From: an uncultured Clostridium sp.
Lineage (GTDB): Bacteria; Bacillota; Clostridia; TANB77; CAG-508
DNA: 64,000 bases
NCBI GenBank assembly: GCA_964371215.1
Contig: CAYJKU010000003.1
Coordinates: forward strand, 14,458-78,457
Direction: 5' to 3'
Shown here: positions 40,806 through 50,169 of the stretch, piece after piece
How the letters are laid out: each line of letters opens with the position of its first letter
How positions within the stretch are numbered: the stretch's first letter is position 1
Notes under the pieces: generated by a model
Databases searched by the model: none
Told to the model about the DNA's origin: nothing
Seen by the model: the letters and a program-made list of their open reading frames with translations, nothing else
Translations under genes and position numbers: made by a program

Positions 40806-41063
40806 TTATACCTTTTTATAAATAAAAATTGCTAAAACCATTCCTATTATACTTGAAATACTAATTTCAAACATTAATCCAAATGTTAAAGTTATTACAC
40901 TTAAATCTAATACAATAGGTTCATTTATTCCAAAACTTTGTGAATAGCTAAGCCACCACAAAAAGTCCACACTAGAAGCTACTTGTCCTAGTAATCCTCC
41001 TACTACCAATCCTGATAATATAAATACAATTAACACCCATATATTTTTGTCTTTAGTTGCCAT
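40806..41063 (-). CDS. DUF4321 family small membrane protein
   Basis: NIWVLIVFILSGLVVGGLLGQ...LDLSVITLTFGLMFEISISSIIGMVLAIFIYKKV matches the DUF4321 pattern, as I recall it, seen near radC/mreB in Clostridia. Start at the ATG at 41063, 8 nt after GGAGG. Confidence 0.7.
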   Translation of the reverse strand: MATKDKNIWVLIVFILSGLVVGGLLGQVASSVDFLWWLSYSQSFGINEPIVLDLSVITLTFGLMFEISISSIIGMVLAIFIYKKV

Positions 41064-41339
41064 TTTTCTTTCCTCCATTTATTATTTTTCCTTACGGATA
41101 TTTAAGTTTTTATTCTTTTCACATTATATATTGTATTTACTTTTTTTTCAAGATATTTTAGAAATTTAACATTCTAAATATATTTAGTTTTCTTTTTTAT
41201 ACTCACAATTTTTTAATATCTAAATATTATATATTATCTTAAATTTATCTCAATTTTTTACCATATTTTAGTGGTTTAAATCTCTCATTATTAATAGTAT
41301 AATATAATTAACAATTATTAAGGAGGAAATAAAATCTTT

Positions 41340-41948
41340 ATGAAAATAGAAAAACTTACAGATAATAAAATACGAGTACTTATTAACATATCTGAATTTG
41401 ATTTTAATAATATTGACTCATTCATTAAAACAGCTTTTAATGACAAAAAATTATTTTTAGATATTCTTTCAAAAGCAGAACAAGAAATTAATTTTAATAC
41501 AGATGGGTGTAAATTAATTATTGAATCATTACCTAATATAGATGAATTCGTTATTTTCATAATAACGAAATATGTAGAACCAGAATATCTAGATTCTAGT
41601 ATTAAATATTCTGATGTCAAAAAACTAACAACTAAAAGAAAAACTTTTAATTCTCATAGTGAAAATTCAATATGCATTTTTGATAATTTTGATAATTTCT
41701 GTGATTTTAATAAATTTATTTTATCTATTTTAAATAATAATTCAAAAATAATTTCTAATAATATCTCTTTATATATTTATAATAATAAATATTACTTTAT
41801 TATAAAAAAATTTTCGACTTACGGAGAAAACTATAACAATCTACTTTCACTTGCTTCAGAATTTGGAAAAATTAAAACGTTATCTAATTATTTCGAATCA
41901 AAACTAATTGAAAAAGGAACTAAAATATCTTTTAATAAATTAATTTAA
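41340..41948 (+). CDS. mecA: MecA-like adaptor protein
   Basis: The N-terminus MKIEKLTDNKIRVLINISEFDF... and the later LIIESLPNIDEFVIFIITK parallel the MecA MxIERINxxT... and LWIQVQALDKGLEIIVTK blocks. The sequence is divergent. Confidence 0.55.
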   Translation: MKIEKLTDNKIRVLINISEFDFNNIDSFIKTAFNDKKLFLDILSKAEQEINFNTDGCKLIIESLPNIDEFVIFIITKYVEPEYLDSSIKYSDVKKLTTKRKTFNSHSENSICIFDNFDNFCDFNKFILSILNNNSKIISNNISLYIYNNKYYFIIKKFSTYGENYNNLLSLASEFGKIKTLSNYFESKLIEKGTKISFNKLI

Positions 41949-42008
41949 TATACATAAATTAAATACAAATAATCCACAATTAATTAACTAATTGTGGATT
42001 ACTATTAT

Positions 42009-43019
42009 TTATATGTAATTTTGCGGGTTATATCTAACACCATTCATTCTAACTTCAAAATGTAAATGTGGTCCTGTTGAATTTCCTGTTGAACCAACTG
42101 TTGCTATTTTTTGTCCTTGTGAAACTGATTGACCATATGATACTGCTATTGTATCACAATGTGCATAATATGTTTGAACTCCATTACCATGATCTACGAC
42201 AACCATATTCCCATATGAATAGTTACTATATTGAACTCCTACTACAGTACCTGCTGCGGCTGCCATTATAGTTGTACCTCTTGGTGGAGCTATATCTACA
42301 CCTGTATGTAAACCACTACTTCTATATCCATATGCTGAGGATACTACACCTGATGTAGGTCTTATTAAAGATATACCTATATCAACATATGCAAACGATG
42401 TAGAACTACTTGTAGATACTGTACCACTAGACGAACTTCTTGAAGTTGCTACTTGTACTGTTTGTACTACTGGTTTTGGTTTTTCAACATATAATTCTTC
42501 TACTGCTACTTCTACTGCTGAAAATTCCTTAGCGTCTGTATCATATTTTTCTTCAATAGTTATTTTATCAATATTATCACTTTCTTTTTCTTTTAATTGA
42601 TTAACTATTGATTCTGCTTCAGTAAATTCTGATACATAATATTTTTCTTCACCATCATTTAATACTGCATAATAACGATAATAATTTATACCTTGAGATT
42701 TAACTTCTGCAATTATTTCATTATCATTTGTAACAATATCTCTTTTTAATAGACACATTTCATATTCTGGTAGTTCACTTACTTGAACAAATGCTAAATT
42801 TTCACTCACATTTTCGCCATTTTCAATGTATTCATTTATTTCACTTTGTAATTTTGCTTTATTATCTGTATAACCTATTTGTTCTCCATTGAGTCTAACT
42901 ATATATGTTGGCTTAAATAAAAAAGCTAATATAGCTATGACTGCAAAAATTGCTATAATAAAAAGAATAGAAAACTTCATACTTCTTCTCATATGTACAA
43001 TTACTTTCTTAAACATCAT
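42009..43019 (-). CDS. M23 family metallopeptidase, membrane-anchored (paralog 2)
   Basis: HTGVDIA, VDHG and GSTGNSTGPHLHFE. It has the same N-terminal TM plus YxVxLNGExIGY module as 12992..13951. Confidence 0.88.
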   Translation of the reverse strand: MMFKKVIVHMRRSMKFSILFIIAIFAVIAILAFLFKPTYIVRLNGEQIGYTDNKAKLQSEINEYIENGENVSENLAFVQVSELPEYEMCLLKRDIVTNDNEIIAEVKSQGINYYRYYAVLNDGEEKYYVSEFTEAESIVNQLKEKESDNIDKITIEEKYDTDAKEFSAVEVAVEELYVEKPKPVVQTVQVATSRSSSSGTVSTSSSTSFAYVDIGISLIRPTSGVVSSAYGYRSSGLHTGVDIAPPRGTTIMAAAAGTVVGVQYSNYSYGNMVVVDHGNGVQTYYAHCDTIAVSYGQSVSQGQKIATVGSTGNSTGPHLHFEVRMNGVRYNPQNYI

Positions 43020-43207
43020 TTACTCCTTCGTACTAAAATGTACTTAAATTTTGACATATATATATGATAGTATATATTGTAAATTAAAGCAATTATGCTT
43101 AAGGTTCAAAATACGTAGTATACGGGCAACTACTCTTATGACATTCCAATTCCTCCTCTTTCCTCACTTTTCCTCTTGATTTCTCTCTTTTCTTCTGTAT
43201 TCATTTA

Positions 43208-43238
43208 TGTAAAATAGATAAACTTTCAGTTTATCTAT
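43208..43238 (-). terminator. rho-independent terminator after the CotF-like gene (overlaps its stop codon)
   Basis: atagataaac / gtttatctat 10-bp perfect stem with a 5-nt loop, then TTTT on the minus strand. Confidence 0.7.
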
Positions 43239-43477
43239 TGAAATAATGTTCTAACTTGGTCAATCTCAGTTGTTGTAGCTTTTTGAGCTGGTGCATAATA
43301 CCCTTTTGATTCTGCTATCTTATATAATTCAAATTGAAAACTTTCATCTGAATTTCTAATTTGCTGAAGTGTTTGTCTTAATTGGATATTTTCACATTCT
43401 GTTATTGCTGTCTGATATGCTGTTAATTCCGATTTAACTCCACTTAATATATCATTTACCATTATCTTTTCTTCCAT
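43235..43477 (-). CDS. spore coat protein, CotF-like (Coat_F domain)
   Basis: VNDILSGVKSELTAYQTAITECENIQLRQTLQQIRNSDESFQFELYKIAESKGYY resembles the Coat F domain pattern. Confidence 0.7.
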   Translation of the reverse strand: MEEKIMVNDILSGVKSELTAYQTAITECENIQLRQTLQQIRNSDESFQFELYKIAESKGYYAPAQKATTTEIDQVRTLFQ

Positions 43478-43488
43478 GATAACCTCCT

Positions 43489-43677
43489 TTAATTATTTAA
43501 AAATGTCATTAATTTTTGTTTAGTATTTTGTGCATCTTGAGCTGATTTCGAAAATAGCTGTTTTATTTGGGGATCTACAGCTTGTGAAGAATATGTGTTC
43601 AATTTTTGAAAAGCTGTTTCATGAGCTCCTATTAAATGTCTTAATTTTTGTAATTCATTTTGATTTAAATCTGCCAT
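43489..43677 (-). CDS. small helical protein co-transcribed with the CotF-like gene
   Basis: 62 aa with an AAAGGAATGG SD, separated by 11 nt from the CotF-like gene. No family recognised. Confidence 0.55.
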   Translation of the reverse strand: MADLNQNELQKLRHLIGAHETAFQKLNTYSSQAVDPQIKQLFSKSAQDAQNTKQKLMTFLNN

Positions 43678-43736
43678 TTTACCATTCCTTTCTTATATAA
43701 TTATATATATTGTTTACAACTCTTACTTTTTTATAC

Positions 43737-43773
43737 AAAAATAGAGTAACAAATCTAAAGTTACTCTATTTTT
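43737..43773 (-). terminator. rho-independent terminator after pcrA
   Basis: aaaatagagtaac / gttactctatttt stem with a 9-nt loop and flanking A/T runs. Confidence 0.7.
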
Positions 43774-43776
43774 AAA

Positions 43777-46080
43777 TTATTCAATTATTTCTAAATTAGC
43801 AAATTTAGCCATTAATCTTTTATTTCCAAATTTTTCAAAACTAATATCTACTTTCAAATCTCCATTTTCTGGTTCTGCTACATTTATCATACCTTCACCA
43901 AATTTTTTATGGAATACTTTAGTTCCAGCTCTGTATAAATCTAAGTCGATATCTTTATTATCTTTTTTCACCATATTATTTAGAAAACTTTCAGCTGTTC
44001 TGAATGCAAAACCACCTATATTTGTATTAGATGATGCTGCAACAGGTGTTGTACCTACTGAATATGTTTTTATATTTGAATTATTCTTATTTCCATATGA
44101 CCATGTATAATTTGAATCTTCAAAATTATTTTTCTTTTTCTTATCTCCAAATGCTTCTTCAAATCCATTTAATAATTCAGATGGTATTTCTTCAATAAAT
44201 CTTGATGGTGGATTATAACTTGTTGAACCAAATACAGTTCTTTGTTTACTATGTGTTAAGAATATATTTTCTTTTGCTCTTGTTATACCCACATAGCATA
44301 ATCTTCTTTCTTCTTCTAATTCTTGTGGATCCATCATTGATTGATGTCCAGGAAAAATCCCTTCTTCCATTCCAACTAAGAATACAACTGGGAATTCCAA
44401 TCCTTTTGCAGTATGAAGTGTCATGAGTGTAACCATTTCTTGTTCTTCTTCTAAATTGTCTAAATCACTAGATAATGTAATCCCTTCTAAAAATTCGCTA
44501 ATAGTATTTTCTACAAATTCTTCTTCAAATTCTATAACAACTGTTAAGAATTCATCTAAGTTAGCTATTCTATTTTCTGCTTCAATTGTGTTTTCATCTT
44601 TTAATGCTTTAGTATAGCCACTTTTATTAAGAACTGTTTTAACTATTTCTGAAATTTTCATTTCTTCTTTCTTGCTTTTTAATTCTTCTATAACATTTAC
44701 AAAATCTCTTGATGCTAAAAACACTCTATTTAATCCATATTCATCTGCTCTTTTAATTATTTCATACATGGAAACACCATTTACAACAGATAATTCTTCT
44801 ATTTTATCTAAACTTGTTTTCCCAATACCTCTTTTAGGTTCATTTATTATTCTTCTTAAACTTAAATTATCTGATGTATTTTGAATCAATCTTAAATATG
44901 CTACAGTATCTTTAATTTCTTTTCTTTCATAGAATTTAAGTCCACCAATAATTTTGTATGGAATATTTTCTCTTCTAAATATATCTTCTATAGCTCTTGA
45001 TTGAGTATTCATACGATAAAGAATTGTAAAATCTGAATATTTGTAATATTCTTCTCTTTTTAATCTCTCTATTTGAGATACTATGTATTGTCCTTCATCA
45101 TATTCATTATCTGCTTTATATATATTTGGAAGATTTCCTTCATCATTTTGTGTCCATAATTCTTTTTTATATTTAACTTCATTGTTTTTTATAACTGCAT
45201 TTGCAGCTTTTAATATATTTCCTGAACATCTATAGTTTTGCTCTAATTTAATTATTTTAGTACCTGGAAAATCTTTTTCAAAATTTAATATATTTGAAAT
45301 ATCTGCACCTCTAAAGCTATATATACCTTGATCATTATCTCCTACAACTGTTATATTTCCATGTTTAGATGCAAGCATAACTACTAATGTAAATTGAGAT
45401 TTATTCGTATCTTGATACTCGTCTACTAATACATATTGAAATTTATCTGTGTAATATTCTAATATATCTGGATTTTCCATTAATATTTTTATTGAATAAT
45501 TTATTATATCATCAAAATCTATTGCATTATTTTCTCTTAATTTTTTTTGATATAAGTTATATATTGTGGCAATTTTTTCTTTTCTGTAATCACCTTTTGC
45601 TCTTAATTCATAATCTTGTGGTTCAAGCATATCGTTTTTAGCATTACTTATTTCAGATAAAACACTTCTGTCCGTAAATAATTTATCATCTATACTAAGT
45701 TCTTTTATACAATTTTTAACTAATGTTTTTTGATCTGATGAATCAAATATTATAAATGATGAATCAAAACCTATTCTATCTATAAATCTTCTTAACATTT
45801 TAACACAAATCGAGTGAAATGTTCCCATCCATATCTCTTTTGCAACATCTCCAACAATTCCTGTTATTCTTTCTTTCATTTCATTTGCTGCTTTATTTGT
45901 AAATGTTATAGCCAAAATATTCCATGGTTTTGCACCTTCATTTTCCATTAAATATGCAATTTTATGTGTTAAAACTTTAGTTTTTCCACTACCTGCTCCT
46001 GCTATTACTAAACATGGTCCTTTTGTAGTTACTACTGCTTCATGTTGTTTATCATTAAGTCCTTCTAATATATTTTGCAT
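43777..46080 (-). CDS. pcrA: ATP-dependent DNA helicase PcrA (UvrD family, SF1)
   Basis: LNDKQHEAV, Walker A AGAGSGKTKVLT, VDEYQDTN, and the C-terminal Tudor-like tail KVFHKKFGEG. Confidence 0.92.
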   Translation of the reverse strand: MQNILEGLNDKQHEAVVTTKGPCLVIAGAGSGKTKVLTHKIAYLMENEGAKPWNILAITFTNKAANEMKERITGIVGDVAKEIWMGTFHSICVKMLRRFIDRIGFDSSFIIFDSSDQKTLVKNCIKELSIDDKLFTDRSVLSEISNAKNDMLEPQDYELRAKGDYRKEKIATIYNLYQKKLRENNAIDFDDIINYSIKILMENPDILEYYTDKFQYVLVDEYQDTNKSQFTLVVMLASKHGNITVVGDNDQGIYSFRGADISNILNFEKDFPGTKIIKLEQNYRCSGNILKAANAVIKNNEVKYKKELWTQNDEGNLPNIYKADNEYDEGQYIVSQIERLKREEYYKYSDFTILYRMNTQSRAIEDIFRRENIPYKIIGGLKFYERKEIKDTVAYLRLIQNTSDNLSLRRIINEPKRGIGKTSLDKIEELSVVNGVSMYEIIKRADEYGLNRVFLASRDFVNVIEELKSKKEEMKISEIVKTVLNKSGYTKALKDENTIEAENRIANLDEFLTVVIEFEEEFVENTISEFLEGITLSSDLDNLEEEQEMVTLMTLHTAKGLEFPVVFLVGMEEGIFPGHQSMMDPQELEEERRLCYVGITRAKENIFLTHSKQRTVFGSTSYNPPSRFIEEIPSELLNGFEEAFGDKKKKNNFEDSNYTWSYGNKNNSNIKTYSVGTTPVAASSNTNIGGFAFRTAESFLNNMVKKDNKDIDLDLYRAGTKVFHKKFGEGMINVAEPENGDLKVDISFEKFGNKRLMAKFANLEIIE

Positions 46081-46200
46081 TTATGTATCATTCCTTTTCT
46101 TTTATTTTAATTCAAATATTTGTTTGTATTTTATAATATATACTAAGAAAATACAAGGTAATTTTCAAAATATATTTAAAAGTTTTTTGTATTAAATAAA

Positions 46201-46233
46201 TAAAAAAATTAGTATTAGAAATCCTAATACTAA
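46201..46233 (-). terminator. rho-independent terminator closing the VirD4-like cassette
   Basis: ttagtattag / ctaatactaa 10-bp perfect stem with a 5-nt loop, followed on the minus strand by AATTTTTTTA. Confidence 0.75.
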
Positions 46234-46240
46234 AATCTTT

Positions 46241-48275
46241 TTATTTATTATCATCATCATCTATTGGTCCAAATAATTCATCAAATTTTGCTTCTAACTC
46301 TTTTTGCAAATCATATCCTGATTCATCCACATCATCTTGTGGTAACATAGGAGCATCCTCAAAATCCATTAAATTTGGAGCACTAGACTCTTTTTTCAAT
46401 TCGCTTTTAACAGATGGTACATCTATTTTTTCTTCAACTTCCACTTTCTCATTTGGTGTTACATCATCAAATAAGTCATCTAATGATTCCACTTTTAGGT
46501 CTGCTACTGCTTCAGCTGAATCTTTTTCTTCTACAAATGGATTATATGGATTGAATTTTCTCCATTTTCCTCTTTCAATTTCACCTATATCATTATGGCT
46601 AATTTCTAAAGATTGCAATGTTTTGACAATTTCTTGATGTTTGAAATAATAGAATTTTTTTGTTTTAACCGGTCTTACACCTTTAACAAATATAATACAG
46701 TCATCCATATCCATTCTTCTTAATTCATCTGGTGTCATTAATGCTCTTGCCATTACATTATCTGAAACACTCTTACCTGTTCTAAAGTTTTGTCTATCTC
46801 TATTTATTGAAATACTGTCTCTTCCTATTGTTTTTTCTCCTAATGCTTTAGAAAAATATTCTAATGTTTTAAAAGAGTTACTTCCTAAGAATAAGTGTGT
46901 ATCACAATTCCCCATTATTGTTTCATAAGATTTTTCATATACTGCTTCTAACTGATCTATATTTTGTAATATAACACTAAAAGATATTTTTCTACTTCTA
47001 GATGTTGATATTTTTTTATCAAAATCTGGTATCTTACCAATATTGGCAAACTCGTCTAATATGAAATATGTTTGAGTTTTTAATGCTCCACCATTTTGAT
47101 CTGCATAATCATATAATTGTTGAATCATTTGTGAGAAGAATATTGTTAATAAGAAATCATATGCTGTATGTGTATCTGAAGATATAACGAATACCGCTGT
47201 TTTCTTTTCTCCAATTTTTTCAAAATCTATTGTATCTGTTGATGTTAATTCTGCTATTTCTTTAGAGTCAAATTTACCTAACTTAGATTGAAGTGAACTC
47301 AAGATTGAGCTATACGTTTTCTCTGGAGCTATTTCAATAGATTTATAGTACATCCTTGCTGGATGATCATATGGTAATTCACTCATTAAATCTGTTAATA
47401 AATTGCTTCCACCTTTATTGTTTGCTGCTCTAACTAATTCAGCACAACTCGCTAAATTTTGTTCTTCTTCTGGTCTTTTTGCTATTAAATAATATATTAA
47501 TGCTTTTAATAAAATTTCAGCCATATCATCCCAATATGGATCTGATGAACTATCACTTTTTTGCCCTTTTACAATTGTATTTGCTATTACGTCTACATCT
47601 ATTTCTGAATTTATATGCATAAGTGGATTATATCCATCACTATATTGTGGTCTAACTAAATTTAATACTTTTATTTCATATCCATTAGCTTTTAAAAAAC
47701 CTGCTGTTTTATCATATAATTCACCTTTGGGATCTGTAAATATGTATGACCCTAGCATTTGGTATGCATTTGGTATTGAATATGATGCTGATTTACCAGA
47801 ACCTGATCCGTCCAACTACTAATACATTGACATTTCCTCTTTTATCTGGTGGTAAGTAATTACTTTCTGCAAGTACTATCCCATCTCTTTTATTTAAAAC
47901 TTGATATTGTTCTCCTCTTTGGCTCCAATCACTTGAACCATGTTCTATATCTGTATATTCATTTTTAGGAGCTGACCTTGCAAATCCTATAAAGAAAAAT
48001 ACTGACATAATTATTGTTGATATTAATAGAGTTGAAAAATATGTTTCTGTAGCTCCTTCTGAAAAGACACTTCCTAATGTTCCAAAAGGATTTGATATTG
48101 ATGTTCCAAATGTTTCAAAAAATATTTCTAAATCCATTCCACCATTTGCCCCTGCAATATGTGAAGAATGTGCAAATGGAGCAACTAAAACTATGGCTAC
48201 AATTAGCCATAGTATTCCAAAAACTATAAAACTTTTCTTATTTTTTTTTAGTGCACCTTCTAATTTATAATTCAT
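46241..48275 (-). pseudogene. VirD4/TraG-type type IV secretion coupling protein, frameshifted in the Walker A motif
   Basis: The N-terminal ORF (47793-48275) has two TM segments and ends NVLVVGRIRFW*. The overlapping frame continues (L)DGSGSGKSASYSIPN...TDPKGELY...YFILDEFANIG...RSRKISFSVILQNIDQL, which covers the Walker A, DPKGE, Walker B and Q..QL hallmarks of TraG/VirD4. The C-tail is acidic. One extra base near 47810 separates the frames. Confidence 0.8.
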
Positions 48276-48301
48276 AATTCACCTTCTCTTTTGTATGATT
48301 A

Positions 48302-48514
48302 TTACATTCCTTTTTCTTGTTCTTGAATTCTTTCTGTAGTATAAGCTTTAATTATAATACAATATTCTTTATCAAACTCTCCATTTGATATATGTTTAGT
48401 AGGATTCCCAACAATCAATTCATTTTCTCTATTTTTATATGTACTTACACAAGTTACGCAGTTTCCCTCTCCCATTCCGGCTACTCCTCTTGTTTCATTA
48501 ATATTCGATGCCAT
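48302..48514 (-). CDS. small hypothetical protein (70 aa)
   Basis: Strong AAGGAGGA SD 6 nt upstream. Contains CxxC (NCVTCV). No family recognised. Confidence 0.6.
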   Translation of the reverse strand: MASNINETRGVAGMGEGNCVTCVSTYKNRENELIVGNPTKHISNGEFDKEYCIIIKAYTTERIQEQEKGM

Positions 48515-48530
48515 TACGACTTCCTCCTTA

Positions 48531-49097
48531 TTATCCTTCTCTTATTTCGAATGCGAAATAAGATTTATATGGTTTTAATTTACATTTTCCTTTAACTTCA
48601 TTAGTTTTTTCATCAAAATATAATCTTGGCTTGATTTCTTCTGTAGTTTCTGGGTCAATAATAGATATTGCCCTTTTTAAATTTGGTGTATAATCAAATT
48701 CTTTATATACTGTTTCTTCAGAATACATAGTATCGAATTTGAATGGAGTTGGTTTTTTAGTTATTCTAACTTCATCGCCATATAGTAATCCATTATTAAT
48801 TACTACTTTTTCTCCCGCAAAAGATAATATAACTAGTTGATTACCATCTTTTCCTACTTCTTCGACATAATATGTTTTTCTAGTATTGTTTCCTACTATT
48901 TCCTCTGTTTGCTCTAATCTCTCAACTGTATATTTAGGATACTTATCTAAATACTCTTTTTTAGTCTTGTAAATTTGATATATTACCGTTTTTACTCCTT
49001 GAGGATCTGTTATGCTAAAATGTTTCCCCTGATTAATATCCATTCTTCTTTTACACTCCCTCTCTATTTTAATTAATAGAATTTCTCTTTTGTTCAC
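48531..49097 (-). CDS. hypothetical protein (188 aa, or shorter if it starts at the internal ATG)
   Basis: The GTG start at 49097 lies only about 11 nt after the -10 box, which would make the mRNA leaderless-like. An alternative start is the ATG at codon 19, preceded by GAGAGGGAG. No family recognised. Confidence 0.55.
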   Translation of the reverse strand: MNKREILLIKIERECKRRMDINQGKHFSITDPQGVKTVIYQIYKTKKEYLDKYPKYTVERLEQTEEIVGNNTRKTYYVEEVGKDGNQLVILSFAGEKVVINNGLLYGDEVRITKKPTPFKFDTMYSEETVYKEFDYTPNLKRAISIIDPETTEEIKPRLYFDEKTNEVKGKCKLKPYKSYFAFEIREG

Positions 49098-49110
49098 ACA
49101 ATATACACTA

Positions 49111-49139
49111 ATTATACCTTAATTAGCTAGTTTTGTCAA
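49111..49139 (-). promoter_or_regulatory. consensus sigma-A promoter driving the 188-aa / 70-aa / VirD4-like cassette
   Basis: The minus strand reads TTGACA (49139-49134), exactly 17 nt, then TATAAT (49116-49111). Confidence 0.6.
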
Positions 49140-49163
49140 TAAAATTTTATGTAACTTATCTGC

Positions 49164-50039
49164 TTATTTTTCAATTCTCGGATTGAATTTAGATACTTTT
49201 TCTAATCTCTCAAACAATTTCTTTTCTTGTTCTGTTATTTCTTGTGGTATAACGATTTTAATTTCAGCAACTAAATCTCCTCTTGTATTGTTCTCTTTTC
49301 TGTATCCTCTACTAGGTATACGAATTTTTTCTCCTGTTTGTATTCCTTTTGGAATATATATAATTGTTTCACTATCTACTGATTGTACTCTTACTCTTGT
49401 ACCTAATGCAGCTTCCCATGGAGTAAGTAATAAGTCTGTATGTAAATCTCTATCTATTAATTTAATACCATTTGTTTCTTTTACATTAACCTTAATATAT
49501 AAATCTCCATTATTACCACCATTTTCACCTTGTTTACCTTGTCCTATCAAACGAATCTTCTCTCCACTAGAGATTCCTTCTGGGATAGTAATGTTATATA
49601 TTTTAGATGTACCATCAACAGATTTTAAAGAAACTTTTTTATCTGCTCCAAAAAAACCTTCTTCAATATTTATATTTATATGTGTTTCAACATTATCCCC
49701 TTTTCTAGGAACTTTAATTTCAGAACTATTTTTTAATTTATCGTTATTTCCGAAAAACATATTAAATACTGCTTTTTTATCTCCTCTACCCCAAGTAAGT
49801 TTTTGTACTTTTCTGAATTTTGAATTCCATACTCTATCATACTTTCTTTTTGTAGAAACTGTTGATAATACTTTATATGCTTCATTTATATCTTTTATTC
49901 TTTCTTCAGCTAAATTATCTCCTACATTAACATCTGGATGATATTTTTTAGCCACTGTTCTATATGCATTTTTTATTTCGTCAAGTGTTACTGCACTTGT
50001 TTCTAACTCTAATATCTTGTAGTAATTTTTAAAAACCAT
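49164..50039 (-). CDS. cbpA: J-domain protein of the CbpA type (DnaJ-like without Zn-finger)
   Basis: The J domain is NYYKILELE...AYRTVAKKYHPDVN with an HPD motif. The DnaJ C-terminal domains are KGDNVETHININIEEGFFG, GKQGENGGNNGDLYIKV and RGDLVAEIKIVIP. There is no CxxCxGxG repeat. Start at the ATG at 50039, 9 nt after AGGAAGG, because the track start lies inside a TGTGATATAAT extended -10 element. Confidence 0.8.
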   Translation of the reverse strand: MVFKNYYKILELETSAVTLDEIKNAYRTVAKKYHPDVNVGDNLAEERIKDINEAYKVLSTVSTKRKYDRVWNSKFRKVQKLTWGRGDKKAVFNMFFGNNDKLKNSSEIKVPRKGDNVETHININIEEGFFGADKKVSLKSVDGTSKIYNITIPEGISSGEKIRLIGQGKQGENGGNNGDLYIKVNVKETNGIKLIDRDLHTDLLLTPWEAALGTRVRVQSVDSETIIYIPKGIQTGEKIRIPSRGYRKENNTRGDLVAEIKIVIPQEITEQEKKLFERLEKVSKFNPRIEK

Positions 50040-50131
50040 TTCAAACATCCTTCCTAAAATAGGTATCTGCATTATATCACAAAATACAAAAAAATCTATA
50101 CTTCTATTGGAATTTTATTTATTTTTAAAAC

Positions 50132-50164
50132 AAAAAATTCATATATGTATTTCACATATATGAA
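50132..50164 (-). terminator. rho-independent terminator after ddl
   Basis: ttcatatatgt / acatatatgaa 11-bp perfect stem with a 5-nt loop, then TTTTTTG on the minus strand. Confidence 0.8.
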
Positions 50165-50169
50165 CTGAT

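Larger units (their letters stand above)
46201..49139 (-). mobile_element. possible remnant of a conjugative element: promoter, 188-aa ORF, 70-aa ORF, VirD4-like gene, terminator
   Basis: A coupling-protein gene with no relaxase, VirB4, integrase or repeat boundaries is visible. The block sits between the core genes ddl/cbpA-like and pcrA and is bracketed by its own promoter and terminator. Confidence 0.35.

Noticed and set aside
41318-41620. 100-aa minus-strand ORF overlapping the mecA-like gene
   Set aside because: It is antisense to a better-supported gene that has an AAGGAGGAAA SD, and it has no motif or RBS of its own.
43020-43234. Possible cyclic-di-AMP (ydaO-type) or other riboswitch upstream of the M23 peptidase genes
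   Set aside because: This was considered because ydaO-class riboswitches often precede cell-wall hydrolase genes. However, I could not find the conserved paired core or pseudo-symmetric structure, and for paralog 1 the purine tract lies upstream of the predicted promoter. A cmscan is needed to settle it.
49183-49941. 252-aa plus-strand ORF covering almost the whole cbpA-like gene
   Set aside because: It is the antisense shadow of a gene with clear J-domain and DnaJ C-terminal motifs. It has no RBS and no recognisable motif. The same reasoning applies to 6416-6844, 9872-10249, 50702-51148 and 38882-39316.
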